Shown here: one piece after another, positions 8,215 through 18,369 of the stretch
How positions within the stretch are numbered: the first letter of the stretch is position 1
Layout: the number at the start of each line of letters is the position of its first letter
Assembly: GCA_001029775.1 (NCBI GenBank)
Contig: CP011215.1
Coordinates: 123,187 to 187,186 of the forward strand
Reading direction: 5' to 3'
Source of the DNA: Candidatus Campbellbacteria bacterium GW2011_OD1_34_28
Lineage (GTDB): Bacteria > Patescibacteriota > Minisyncoccia > Phycocordibacterales > UBA12079
DNA length: 64,000 bases
The notes under the pieces: model-generated
The model's input: only the letters and a program-made list of their open reading frames with translations
Told to the model about the DNA's origin: nothing
The model's database searches: none
Program-made: the position numbers and the translations under genes

Positions 8215-10356
8215 TTATTCAAAATGCACCTCTATTTTCTTTAACCTTTCTTTTATCAAAAGATACTTTTTCAATTCTGGATCTTTCTCAATTATTTCTT
8301 TTGCTTCATTGCGAGCCGATTCTACCATTTTAATATTTTTTATTGCCTCCATTCCTATATCAGAAATACCCCATTGTTTTTTGCCCGACAATTCTCCCGA
8401 TCCTCTCAATTCCAAATCAGCTTCGGCCAATTTAAAACCGTTTTCTGCTGTTTTCAAAGCATTTAATCTGTTCAATGTTTGTTCCGATTTTGTATCACTA
8501 AAAATAAAACAATAGGCTTGGGTGTTACTTCGCAATACTCTTCCTCTTAGTTGATGTAGTTGTGCCAATCCAAATCTTTCTGCTCCTTCAATCACTATCA
8601 TTGTTGCATTTGGAACATTTACTCCCACTTCAACAACAGAAGTAGAGACGAGAATATCTATCTCCTTTTCTTCAAATTGTCGCATTGTCTCTTCTTTTTC
8701 TTTTGGCTTCATCTTGCTGTGCAAAATATCAATTTCATATTCTGGGAAAATTTCTTCTTTCAATCTTTTTGCTTCTGTTTTGACAGACTTAACATTGAGA
8801 GTGTTTGCTTTGTCTGGATCTGGTTCGTCTATACGGGGACAAATTACATACAATTGTCTACCTGCTTGCAGTTCTTTTCGCATTTCTTCATAGGCAGTTT
8901 TTCTTCTCTCTGGTGTAACTATTTCTGTTATCACAGGCTTTCTCCCTTTTGGCATTTCGTCCAACAAAGTTAAATCTAGATCGCCATAAATTGTTAAGGC
9001 GAGCGTGCGGGGAATAGGTGTCGCAGTCATGCTCAACAAGTGTGGGATTCTTTCGTCCTTTTTTGTTATGTCTCTTCTTTGCTTTGTGCCAAATCTATGC
9101 TGTTCGTCAATAATCACATACGCCAAATTTTTAAACTCAACACTTTTTTGAATAAGCGAGTGCGTTCCTATTAAAATAGGAATTTCTCCGTTTGCCGTCC
9201 ATTTCAAAAGTTGGGAACGAGAAATATCTGTCCATGTCTCAGGATTTGTTTTTGAAGGAAATTTTTTACAGCCACTAGAAGTGATCAAACCAATCTGAAC
9301 ATTCAAATGATAAAAATATTGAATAAAAGATTCAAAAAGTTGTTTCGCCAAAATTTCTGTTGGCGCCATATACGCTGTTTGCAAAGCTCCAGCATTTGAT
9401 CCGTTTGGTTTTGTTGTGGTTACTGCATAGACGGTCGTGGCAGCAACAGCTGTTTTTCCCGACCCGACATCCCCCTCCAGCAATCTAGACATGGCGTTGC
9501 CTTTTTCAAAATCAGACAATATTTGATCAATAGATTTTTCTTGAGATTTTGTAAGTTTGAAAGGAAACTTTTCTGTAAATTTTTTTGCAGAATCTTTTTT
9601 ATTTTCTATTTTAAAAGACGGTTTTTCTAAAGATTCTCTTTTTTGTTTTTGACGAAGTAGCTGAATAAAGAAAATTTCCTCAAAAGCAAATCTTTTTCTC
9701 GCCGACAAGGCATCGGATTGTTTCTTCGGAGAGTGAATCCAGATGAGAGAGGTTTTTAATTTTGGTAAACTATATTTTTTTAAAATATCTTCCGGAATAG
9801 CATCTTCAATATTATCCAAAAGGCCAGATGTAAAAACCTTTTGAATACTGTGATAGATCCATTGCGATGTGACCCCTTTGCTTTCGGGATAGACGGGAAT
9901 AAAAAAATGATTGTCTGTTTCTTTGTTAAAAATTCCCGATGTTATACTTTCGGTTATCTCATATTCTGGATTAGCCAAATAAGGTTTTCCTTTTCTTTCA
10001 CTAATGGTTCCTGAAAATTTTGCGTATGTCCCCTCGGGCAACATCTTTGCAATGTATGGTTGGCGAAACCAAACTGCTTGAATAGATCCTTCACTGTCTT
10101 CCAACACAGCTTCTGTCATTGTAATCTTTTTGTAATATGCTTTGGTTGGTTTTATTTTTTTTACTCTGGCATAGATAATTATTTTGTCGCCTTTTTGAAC
10201 ATTTTTTGTATTTTTTATCTCTTCGGTATCACCATAACGAGCAGGAAAATAATAGAGTAAATCCTCTACCGTGTTTAGACCGATTTTTTTCAACGCTTTT
10301 TTTCTACTGTCTGGCAAACGAGGAAAAATATCTTCAATTTTTGAGTTTAGATTCAT
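8215..10356 (-). CDS. recG: ATP-dependent DNA helicase RecG
   Basis: GDVGSGKT, DEQHRFG, MTATPIPRTL, QLRGRV motifs. Confidence 0.97.
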   Translation of the reverse strand: MNLNSKIEDIFPRLPDSRKKALKKIGLNTVEDLLYYFPARYGDTEEIKNTKNVQKGDKIIIYARVKKIKPTKAYYKKITMTEAVLEDSEGSIQAVWFRQPYIAKMLPEGTYAKFSGTISERKGKPYLANPEYEITESITSGIFNKETDNHFFIPVYPESKGVTSQWIYHSIQKVFTSGLLDNIEDAIPEDILKKYSLPKLKTSLIWIHSPKKQSDALSARKRFAFEEIFFIQLLRQKQKRESLEKPSFKIENKKDSAKKFTEKFPFKLTKSQEKSIDQILSDFEKGNAMSRLLEGDVGSGKTAVAATTVYAVTTTKPNGSNAGALQTAYMAPTEILAKQLFESFIQYFYHLNVQIGLITSSGCKKFPSKTNPETWTDISRSQLLKWTANGEIPILIGTHSLIQKSVEFKNLAYVIIDEQHRFGTKQRRDITKKDERIPHLLSMTATPIPRTLALTIYGDLDLTLLDEMPKGRKPVITEIVTPERRKTAYEEMRKELQAGRQLYVICPRIDEPDPDKANTLNVKSVKTEAKRLKEEIFPEYEIDILHSKMKPKEKEETMRQFEEKEIDILVSTSVVEVGVNVPNATMIVIEGAERFGLAQLHQLRGRVLRSNTQAYCFIFSDTKSEQTLNRLNALKTAENGFKLAEADLELRGSGELSGKKQWGISDIGMEAIKNIKMVESARNEAKEIIEKDPELKKYLLIKERLKKIEVHFE

Positions 10357-10366
10357 TTGTTATTTT

Positions 10367-10723
10367 TTATTCATTAAAAAACTGCTTTGGCTCTCCTGAT
10401 ACAAGATGAAAGTGTAGATGCTGTGATTCTTGAAAACTTCCACCGTTAGTTATTATTTTATAGTTACTCTCAGAAAGATTCTTTTCTTTAATAATATCTA
10501 TTACCACCTCAAAAATTTCTTTAATTAAATTTGTATTTTCTAAATCTGTAAGTCTAGTTATGTGTTGTTTTGGAATAATAACAATATGAAGTGTCCAATT
10601 TGGTTTTGTATGATAAAAAGCTAAAACATTGTTTGTTTCTCTAACTTTTTCTATTTTTATTTTATTGTTTAAAACAAAATTACAATAAAAATCTTCATTA
10701 ATATTCATAAAGACAGTATACAA
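10367..10723 (-). CDS. HIT family protein
   Basis: HLHFHLV histidine triad. Confidence 0.85.
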   Translation of the reverse strand: MYTVFMNINEDFYCNFVLNNKIKIEKVRETNNVLAFYHTKPNWTLHIVIIPKQHITRLTDLENTNLIKEIFEVVIDIIKEKNLSESNYKIITNGGSFQESQHLHFHLVSGEPKQFFNE

Positions 10724-10844
10724 TATTTATGATTTAACTTGTAACCAAAACCTATACCAGTATTTTGCAAAATACTGGTATAGGTTTTGATAATTATTTA
10801 TTTTGAATAAAACAAAAACAGCAGATACCCTAGGGTATCTGCTG

Positions 10845-11147
10845 TTAATTCCAGTCAGAGAGACTTTCTTCTGATGATTGAAAATCGGTCTCCTCTACAA
10901 AAGCGAGAAAATCATTAAGGTCGGAAAGTATAATAACATCATCATCTCCGTTCGTCATTTTTTCAAAAACACGAGATGCTTTCTCGTACACAGTAAGAGT
11001 TGGGTCCCCAAAGATAGGCACCGTAAAAGAAAAAGTTCTGCCTCTCGGACCACACACGAGGGTGATAAAGTTAATACTTTTTAAACGTCTCAAAGGTTTT
11101 TTCGGCATCATACGACACCTCATTGTTTGTTGATTTGAGCAGCACAA
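10845..11147 (-). CDS. Hypothetical protein (start uncertain)
   Basis: ORF overlapping the upstream gene and followed by a hairpin at 10817-10845. Confidence 0.5.
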   Translation of the reverse strand: MCCSNQQTMRCRMMPKKPLRRLKSINFITLVCGPRGRTFSFTVPIFGDPTLTVYEKASRVFEKMTNGDDDVIILSDLNDFLAFVEETDFQSSEESLSDWN

Positions 11148-11395
11148 TCTGCCTCTATGGAATTTAAAATATTAAACAAAGCGGAAGTACTCTTTTCATC
11201 AAAACTGTTCGAGTTTAAAATAGCTTGGATCAGACGATGAGCTGTCACAGACAAAGTAGGACTAACATGAATAAATGTTCCGTTCATTACATCGTGAAAT
11301 ACAGAAACTCTATTTTCTAATTTTTCTCCAATAGAGAAATGTTTGCCGATAACCCTTGAACCGTCATTAAAGTCAATTAAAACGAAATCTGGCAC
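11120..11395 (-). CDS. Hypothetical protein
   Basis: GTG start preceded by strong SD GAGGAGGT. Confidence 0.6.
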   Translation of the reverse strand: MPDFVLIDFNDGSRVIGKHFSIGEKLENRVSVFHDVMNGTFIHVSPTLSVTAHRLIQAILNSNSFDEKSTSALFNILNSIEADCAAQINKQ

Positions 11396-11535
11396 ATTTA
11401 CCTCCTCTCACATATATTAAAGTATCAATTTCTAATATCAGTAAATCACAAATACATAAACAAAACAACAAAAATTCAAATTTGCGAAAAGATCATTTTT
11501 GATATAAAGTTTGTGTATAAATTGAGTTTGAATAT

Positions 11536-11608
11536 GCGCACGTAGCTCAGTTGGTAGAGCGCCGAGCTTATACCTCGGTGGTCCCAGGTTCGAGTCCTGG
11601 CGTGCGCA
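11536..11608 (+). tRNA. tRNA-Ile(TAT), CCA not encoded
   Basis: GCGCACG/CGTGCGC acceptor, anticodon arm CCGAG-CT TAT AC-CTCGG, GGTTCGAGTCC T-arm, A73. Confidence 0.92.
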
Positions 11609-11646
11609 CAAAATTAAAAATACTTTTGCTAAAAACCAAAAGTATT

Positions 11647-11973
11647 TTATTTAATCAACTCGAATTTAATAACTTTTACAGGGCTATTTTCATCAACTGG
11701 CCTGTGATAATAACCAGAGTATGTTTCATACATTTCCTTTTCCGATTCAAATTTTTCATGACCGTTCCAATCTTCATCAGTTAATTTTCCAAAAGTAGTT
11801 TCATTTACATCTAGTATCTTTGCTCTTTTGAATTCTTCTCCGGTCTCCCAAACCAAAAAAGAAATTTCGTCCCCCGCTGATAAATCTTTGTCGTCAAATA
11901 AACGCCAAGTAGTATCTTTCGTGTTCGACAAAATCATATCGGCTAATTTTTTTCTAAATTTTAATGTTTTCAT
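11647..11973 (-). CDS. ASCH domain-containing protein
   Basis: KDTTWRLFDDKDLSAGD ASCH-type motif; true start MKTLKF (the longer ORF reads through a palindrome). Confidence 0.8.
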   Translation of the reverse strand: MKTLKFRKKLADMILSNTKDTTWRLFDDKDLSAGDEISFLVWETGEEFKRAKILDVNETTFGKLTDEDWNGHEKFESEKEMYETYSGYYHRPVDENSPVKVIKFELIK

Positions 11974-12256
11974 AATTAAAAATTCAATCGCCCTGCCTGC
12001 CGGCAGGCAGGTTTGCAAGAACCGGATAAAAAACTTAAACGCTTTTTATCCAACTGAGCTACATGTGCATACACAAAACTTTATCTCAAAACGTCTATTT
12101 AATCAACTCGAATATTTTTACCTTTCTTACTTTTGATTACCGACATGGATTACTTCGTTTCACTCGCAAGGATGGGCGAGCTGTCGGCTTCGTTTTCGTC
12201 CTTACTACTTAATACTTACTACTTATACCTAGTTGGGAAAACAAAAAATAGTTTTG

Positions 12257-12667
12257 CTATTTTTTGTTTTCCCAACCCCACGAAAAAGGTATCAAACTTT
12301 TTCCGCCCAGACGAACTCCCAAATAAACAATATCACCCATTCCTGGAAAAACCTTGTTTATATTGTCACGCAATTCCTCATCTGCTTTTTGTCGCTCTTC
12401 ATCCGTTCCTCCCAGCCAATATTTTATATCGTGTTCAACACAATATCCTTCCCAGGAAACACCTAGAAATCCTTCTGGCCACAAAGAACATCCGTCACTT
12501 CGAAAATCACTGATCGGGACAGACCTCTCTCCTGCCACTCCTTTAATGTAATCGTTATATTGATTCAAATTTTCAGGGGAATATGTTCTGTCCAAAAAAA
12601 TCATAAAAGCAAAAAAAATAAGAAAGGTTATTTGAAAAATTTCTTTTTTAAATTTTTTTATTTTCAT
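12257..12667 (-). CDS. Membrane-anchored protein with phospholipase-A2-like C-x-x-H-D motif
   Basis: N-terminal TM; SDGCSLWPE...CVEHDIKY...ADEEL. Confidence 0.6.
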   Translation of the reverse strand: MKIKKFKKEIFQITFLIFFAFMIFLDRTYSPENLNQYNDYIKGVAGERSVPISDFRSDGCSLWPEGFLGVSWEGYCVEHDIKYWLGGTDEERQKADEELRDNINKVFPGMGDIVYLGVRLGGKSLIPFSWGWENKK

Positions 12668-12782
12668 CCCGTTAGAGATAGGACGCGGACTTTGTTAAAT
12701 CTCGCACATTATATCTTTAAATTAAATTTAATAAATTGTTTTTGTTAAATATCTCATTCCGTGTCCGCTATCTCTAACGGGA
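12668..12782. mobile_element. MITE-like element with CCCGTTAGAGAT terminal inverted repeats
   Basis: CCCGTTAGAGATA...TATCTCTAACGGGA flanked by a TTCAT direct repeat. Confidence 0.75.
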
Positions 12783-12795
12783 TTCATCATGTTTT

Positions 12796-13710
12796 TTAGA
12801 CTATCTGTTTTTTAGATTTCCAAAAGAAATATCCTACTACTCCAAAAGTTACAATCGGAGATACCCAAGCAGGAATATGAAAACCAAAACTATCCAAAAG
12901 CATAATAGTACCCAAAAACAAAATAGAATACATTGCCCCATTTTTCAAATAGATATATTTTTTAATTCTATCCATATTGCTTACTGTCATCTGACGCAAA
13001 ACCAAAGCGCCAATTCCGTTTCCTAAAACAATCAAAGGCACAGAAAGCGTAAAGGCAAACGCTCCTAAAACGCCATCCACAGAAAATGTTGTATCCAAAA
13101 CTTCAAGATAAAAAATCTTGCTCAAATCAGACATATTTCCTTTTCCTGCCACCAATCTTTTTTCTTCCAATTCTGCATTTTGTTTAAATCCATGAGTGAT
13201 AAAAAACGCGGTTGAACCGATGACTGCTCCAAATGCGAGCATCGGACTAATTTGCAAAGCAAACCAAACCACCACAGACAAAATAATAGAGACGACAGCA
13301 AAAAACCAAACTCCCTGAGCATGGAAAAACTTTTCTCCTTTCAAGCCATATTCTTTTGGTTCCAAAAACAACCAGTGAAAAAACAAAAAGATAAGAAATA
13401 TTCCGCCACCGATAAGTAAAATCGGTGCAGATTTTTCTACCGCTTCCAAAACAGCAGGGTCGCTACTAAATGTTGCCATCAATGCACCAATCGGTCCCAA
13501 CTCTGGCATCACCGCCCAAACAATAAGCCACGGCAACAAGCCTCTCACAACAACAACAGCAAACAAAAGCCCCCACAACAAAAACCATTTGCGGGCTCTT
13601 TGTGACATCGTAGAAAGAACCTCAGCATTAACAATAGCATTATCAACACTACTGATAATTTCAAACAAACAAAGTCCTGCGACTGTTAAAAGTATCGAGA
13701 AAAGAACCAT
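12796..13710 (-). CDS. DUF475/TerC-like integral membrane protein
   Basis: SVDNAIVNA and LEVLDTTFSVDGVLGAFA; multiple TMs. Confidence 0.85.
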   Translation of the reverse strand: MVLFSILLTVAGLCLFEIISSVDNAIVNAEVLSTMSQRARKWFLLWGLLFAVVVVRGLLPWLIVWAVMPELGPIGALMATFSSDPAVLEAVEKSAPILLIGGGIFLIFLFFHWLFLEPKEYGLKGEKFFHAQGVWFFAVVSIILSVVVWFALQISPMLAFGAVIGSTAFFITHGFKQNAELEEKRLVAGKGNMSDLSKIFYLEVLDTTFSVDGVLGAFAFTLSVPLIVLGNGIGALVLRQMTVSNMDRIKKYIYLKNGAMYSILFLGTIMLLDSFGFHIPAWVSPIVTFGVVGYFFWKSKKQIV

Positions 13711-13713
13711 AAA

Positions 13714-15630
13714 CTATTTTTTAGGAGTAATGCCGTTAGCGATTAAAAGATTTTCAAACTCTGCTCTTTCAAGAGTCTCTACTTCTACCAATTTAGCAGT
13801 GATATTGTCTAGTGCTTTTCTGTGTTCGTTGATAACAACGACAGCTCTCTCCAAACCTTGTTGAACAATTCTTGATACTTCCCCATCAACAGCAAAAGCT
13901 GTCTTTTCTGAATGTTCTTTGTTAGACAAATCTGCACCACCAATCATTACTTTTCCGCCATCATCTAGTGCGACAGGTCCAATCAAATCTGACATTCCAT
14001 ATTTTGTAACCATATTTCTCGCCATTGCTGTTGCCACCTGCAAATCGTTTGATGGCCCAGTTGTAATATCACCAAAAACAATTTTTTCCGCCGCATATCC
14101 TCCCAATGTCATTGCTATGTCGTCCAAAAATTCTTTACTGTTGTGAAGTTTTTTCTCTATTAACGGCAATTTCAAAGTATATCCAGCAGCTCTTCCACGA
14201 GAGATAATAGATATTTTATGAACAGGATCGGAATGTTCGAGAACAGAAGAAACCAAAGCGTGACCCACTTCGTGATAAGCGGTTATTTCTTTTTCTTTTA
14301 CAGAAAGAATATGACTTTTCCTTTCTGGGCCCAACATTACTTTTTCAATTGCTCTGATTAAATCGTATTGAGATACTTTGTTTCTCTCTTCTCTCGCAGC
14401 TAAAATCGCTCCTTCGTTCATCAAAGAATACAAATCTGCTCCAGAAAATCCAGGAGTTCTCTCTGCAATCACTATCAGATTTACATCTTCGGCAAAAGGT
14501 TTTTTTCGTGAGTGAATTTTCAAAATTTCCTCTCTGTCTTTTCTATCTGGCAAATCAACCACTACTCGTCTGTCAAAACGACCTGTCCTCAAAAGAGCAG
14601 GGTCCAAAACATCTGGTCTATTTGTCGCCGCAATAACAATCACTTTTTCGTTTGGTTCAAAACCATCCATCTCTACCAAAATTTGATTAAGTGTTTGTTC
14701 TCTTTCATCGTTTCCTCCACCCACACCCGATCCTCTCACTCTACCCACAGCGTCTATTTCGTCTATGAAAATAATAGAAGGAGCAGCCTGTTTTGCCAAT
14801 TTAAAAAGGTCTCTTACACGACTTGCTCCTACTCCGACAAACATCTCTACGAATTCAGAACCAGAAATTGAAAAAAATGGCACGCCTGCTTCTCCTGCGA
14901 CTGCTTTTGCAAGCAATGTTTTTCCTGTTCCTGGGGCTCCCATCAAAATAAGTCCTTTTGGAATCTGTGCTCCAATATCCAAAAACTTTTTAGGATTTTT
15001 CAAAAAATCTACTATTTCCACCAATTCTTCTTTGGCTTCTTTCACACCAGCAACATCATCAAAAGTAATTCTTTGTTTTTTGTCTTTTGGATCAATAATT
15101 CTTGCTTTTGACTGACCAAAAGAAAATGCTTGCATCCCTGCTCCTTTTACCTGTCTTGTCATAAACCAAATAAAAAAAACAATGAAAAATATCGGAATCA
15201 AAAATGGAGCAAGCGCAACAGCCCAAAATCCAAGTCCTGTTGGATTGCTTACCTCTATATTCACTTTGGTCAATTGTTCTGGAGTAACACCGTAATTGTT
15301 TAGTGTTTCGGTCAAAGAAGACCCTTCTTCTTTTTTAGAAATCTGCTCTTTACCATCTTTCAATATAATACTTAGCTGTTCTCCTTTTATTTCTATTGTT
15401 TCAACTTTTTCTGTCTTGATACTCTCAACCAAGTTTGAAATCGTCACTTCATCAATATTTTTATTTTTTTCTGAAAAATATGAATAAATAGACAAGATTA
15501 AAAATAAAATAATAAGACCTGTTAAAATATTGTTAAAAAATTGAAAAGAAATCATCTTTCCGGTTATCTTTTTTTCCGATTTTTTATCCTTTGTCTTTTT
15601 GGTTTTATTTGGGGTTTTTATGATTTTCAT
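13714..15630 (-). CDS. ftsH: ATP-dependent zinc metalloprotease FtsH
   Basis: Two TMs, [19 protein letters not shown]. Confidence 0.97.
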   Translation of the reverse strand: MKIIKTPNKTKKTKDKKSEKKITGKMISFQFFNNILTGLIILFLILSIYSYFSEKNKNIDEVTISNLVESIKTEKVETIEIKGEQLSIILKDGKEQISKKEEGSSLTETLNNYGVTPEQLTKVNIEVSNPTGLGFWAVALAPFLIPIFFIVFFIWFMTRQVKGAGMQAFSFGQSKARIIDPKDKKQRITFDDVAGVKEAKEELVEIVDFLKNPKKFLDIGAQIPKGLILMGAPGTGKTLLAKAVAGEAGVPFFSISGSEFVEMFVGVGASRVRDLFKLAKQAAPSIIFIDEIDAVGRVRGSGVGGGNDEREQTLNQILVEMDGFEPNEKVIVIAATNRPDVLDPALLRTGRFDRRVVVDLPDRKDREEILKIHSRKKPFAEDVNLIVIAERTPGFSGADLYSLMNEGAILAAREERNKVSQYDLIRAIEKVMLGPERKSHILSVKEKEITAYHEVGHALVSSVLEHSDPVHKISIISRGRAAGYTLKLPLIEKKLHNSKEFLDDIAMTLGGYAAEKIVFGDITTGPSNDLQVATAMARNMVTKYGMSDLIGPVALDDGGKVMIGGADLSNKEHSEKTAFAVDGEVSRIVQQGLERAVVVINEHRKALDNITAKLVEVETLERAEFENLLIANGITPKK

Positions 15631-15721
15631 AGAGATAAGTATAGAATATTGGATAGCTAGTATCAAGCAAAAAATTTTTATAATACTAGATACTAAATAC
15701 TAAATACTATATACTTTTTCT

Positions 15722-16171
15722 ATGGCTACTTTTATTAGAAACAAAAAAGTTTCATTTGATTATGAAATCTTGGAGAAATTCGATGCTGGCATTGAGCTTT
15801 TTGGTTTTGAAGTAAAATCTATAAAAAGCAATCACGGAAATATAGAAGGATCACATATAACGGTCAGAGGCGGAGAAGCATTTCTTTTAAATGCAAACAT
15901 TCCCCCTTATCAAACAGCCAATACCCCAAAAGACTATAATCCTGAAAGAAATCGCAGACTTCTCTTAACCAAAAAAGAGTTGTCTGAATTGTCTGGATTG
16001 GAAGAAAAGAAAGGATTGACGATAGTGCCTATTTCGATGTATAATAAGGGGAAGAAAATAAAGATAGAAATTGCGGTTGTTCGTGGAAAAAAGAAATTTG
16101 ATAAGAGAGAATCGATAAAAAAGAAAGATACGGAGCGTGATTTAAGACGAGAAATCAAATCACGATTATAA
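15722..16171 (+). CDS. smpB: SsrA-binding protein
   Basis: NKKVSFDYEILEKFDAGIEL...GKKKFDKRESIKK; adjacent to tmRNA. Confidence 0.97.
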   Translation: MATFIRNKKVSFDYEILEKFDAGIELFGFEVKSIKSNHGNIEGSHITVRGGEAFLLNANIPPYQTANTPKDYNPERNRRLLLTKKELSELSGLEEKKGLTIVPISMYNKGKKIKIEIAVVRGKKKFDKRESIKKKDTERDLRREIKSRL

Positions 16172-16235
16172 ATTTTAGATTTTAAATTATAAATTAAAGT
16201 TCATTGAAAAATAAAAAAGAGAAATCGGTCATTCG

Positions 16236-16329
16236 CTTGCCGTATCCAATCACACTCGTATTGCTTGCAATTCGGGACAAACATTTCGTTTGAGCTTCGG
16301 TTCATCCTGAATGGAATGGATATGGCAAG
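16236..16329 (+). ncRNA. Candidate structured RNA/leader abutting the tmRNA 5' end
   Basis: CTTGCCGTATCCA pairs with TGGATATGGCAAG; inner ATTCGGGA/TCCTGAAT; TGAGC-TTCG-GTTCA tetraloop hairpin. Confidence 0.45.
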
Positions 16330-16711
16330 GGGGTGATCGGCATAGACATTTAGTCTACTCTTATATGTGCAAAGTCGAAATGAGTAATTCGTAAAAAGGC
16401 TTGTAAAGATAAGTGCAAACTTGTCACAAAAAGCAAAAGCTATGGTTTCACCATATTTCGCTTTTGCTCCAGCATTAGCTTAAGTCTAGGCTGGCGGTCA
16501 ATCTGTTGATTGTTTGGTAAACAGAATGATTGTCATATCACCAAACTAGAAAATAAATCCGCTTCGCTTTATTTTCAAAATCAAGAAGATCGAGATTTTA
16601 AGGTTTTGTTTATTTATTACTTAACTTCTTTAAAAACCAAAAAATATCCTACACTTTGTAGACTCATATAAGAACGCTATTTGCACGCGAGTTCGATTCT
16701 CGCCACTTCCA
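16329..16711 (+). ncRNA. ssrA: tmRNA; tag ANLSQKAKAMVSPYFAFAPALA* (16415-16483)
   Basis: GGGGGTG 5' end with G3-U70, 3' GCGAGTTCGATTCTCGCCACTTCCA, resume context ATAAGT-GCA, tag ending ALA, downstream of smpB. Confidence 0.93.
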
Positions 16712-17262
16712 CAATTTAAAAACACTGCCTTTAAAGGCAGTGTTTTTAAATTGTGGAAGTGAGCAAGGCAACTGCTTGCCTTGCGTGCGAGAATCGAAAG
16801 TCGGAACATGTTGAGCGAAGTGAAACAGTGAGACGGGGTCGCGAGCACTTAGGCTTTTGGAGTTCGCAGCGAAGCGGAGAACGAACAAAAGACTTAGTGA
16901 CTTGTGACCGATTCTCGCCTACTCTCTTAAGTCCCAAAGCACCTAGCTTTGGGGCTTTTGATTTTGTAAGAAGTGGCGAGAATCGAAACGAGCGAAGTAT
17001 GGAGGAGCGAAACGACGAACACGAGCCTGCCTGCCGGCAGGCAGGCGAGCGGGGATAAAAAACGTTTAAGTTTTTTATCTGTTTTTTGCGAAGCAAAAAA
17101 TTTTCTTAATTGAGTGAAACGAAATAGAAAATAGGAGGAACAGAGTTCTTAGTGAAGACGAGTTCCGAGCTTGTCGAGGGACGAAGTCTGAACTTAGAAC
17201 TGGAGACCGATTCTCGCCCAAAAGACTTAGTGACTTGTGGCCGATACAGACCACCTCCGCCA
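16704..17262. repeat. Mosaic of inverted and direct tmRNA 3'-end copies with cassettes A and B
   Basis: GCGAGAATCGAA at ~16787 and ~16976; CGATTCTCGCC at ~16909 and ~17208; cassette interiors match 5459-5580 and 58238-58860. Confidence 0.85.
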
Positions 17263-17287
17263 GAACATAAAGCAAATTAAAACCGTC

Positions 17288-17342
17288 TGAACTGTACCCC
17301 AAAAAGTGGGCACTTTCGTGCCCACTTTTTGAGGTACAGTCA
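17288..17342. mobile_element. 55-bp TG...CA inverted-repeat element resembling two abutted IS3-family ends
   Basis: TGAACTGTACCCCAAAAAGTGGGCAC-TTTC-GTGCCCACTTTTTGAGGTACAGTCA. Confidence 0.5.
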
Positions 17343-17359
17343 ACAGAGCGGTTTTTTAA

Positions 17360-18163
17360 CTAATATTCAATACATGTTTCTTTTTTTTCTCCTTCACAAA
17401 ATGAACAATTTCTTTTGATTCTGACATAATTGTCCTCTAGATTGTAATTATAATAAGAAGTTCCTCTACATCCACCATCACTTATTTTTCCTTCCATTTT
17501 CATTAAACCCTCTGAAACTCCAACAACATTGCGAGGCGGGGTACTCCACAAATAAATTTCTTTTGCTTGTTCAGGGGCATTTTTAAGATAAGATTCGTTC
17601 GTAACTAAATACCACGGTGTATTTTTACCTCCATTTACATCTTCTCTTACAACAAATTCTAAAACATCATTATATACATCGTATCTTAACAATTTATGCT
17701 GATAACCCATATATACTCCACCAATAACAACAATTATATAATTATCAGATTCACATATAGTGCTGACATCCTCAACATCGACCTTACCAAACTCAACAAT
17801 AAGATCTTGGTAAGAATTATATCGAGATGAATTTTTTAAATACAAATCTTTTGCTTCTTCAACCTCCAAAACATTCAAGTCAGAAATCCTGTCAGAAAGA
17901 TTTTTATACCAAGAAAACTTTTTGTAGTTATCCAAACTTTGACACTTACTTAAACTAAAATTAGCCTCGGAGATATTTAAAAAAGGCTCTCTCGCTTCTT
18001 CAGCCTTAATTTCACCATTCAACACGCCTTCAACATTTGTGTTTTCTTCAATAATCTCCGCATTATCCAAATTTGAATAATAATAATAACCACCCCCAAC
18101 CAAAACAGCCAGTACACCAACAGCTATCAACACACTTATTAAACCAAAACCTTCTTTATTCAT
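17360..18163 (-). CDS. Pilin-like protein with class III (prepilin) signal
   Basis: MNKEG|FGLISVLIAVGVLAVLVGGG leader; Cys pairs in the C-terminal part. Confidence 0.7.
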   Translation of the reverse strand: MNKEGFGLISVLIAVGVLAVLVGGGYYYYSNLDNAEIIEENTNVEGVLNGEIKAEEAREPFLNISEANFSLSKCQSLDNYKKFSWYKNLSDRISDLNVLEVEEAKDLYLKNSSRYNSYQDLIVEFGKVDVEDVSTICESDNYIIVVIGGVYMGYQHKLLRYDVYNDVLEFVVREDVNGGKNTPWYLVTNESYLKNAPEQAKEIYLWSTPPRNVVGVSEGLMKMEGKISDGGCRGTSYYNYNLEDNYVRIKRNCSFCEGEKKETCIEY

Positions 18164-18369
18164 ATACTTTAGTTAACAATATGTAATAAATATATAATAA
18201 CCAATATTACTGAATTAAACCACAAACTCTATCCCCTTTTTATATTCCTGTTTTGATATTAATGTAACTCACCCCTAATTGACCATTTACCTCTATCGTG
18301 TTAAATTAAAATTTAGAAATCTGTTCCTATTTTAAATAATCCTATTTTTTTAAAAAGGAGTGTGTTGCG

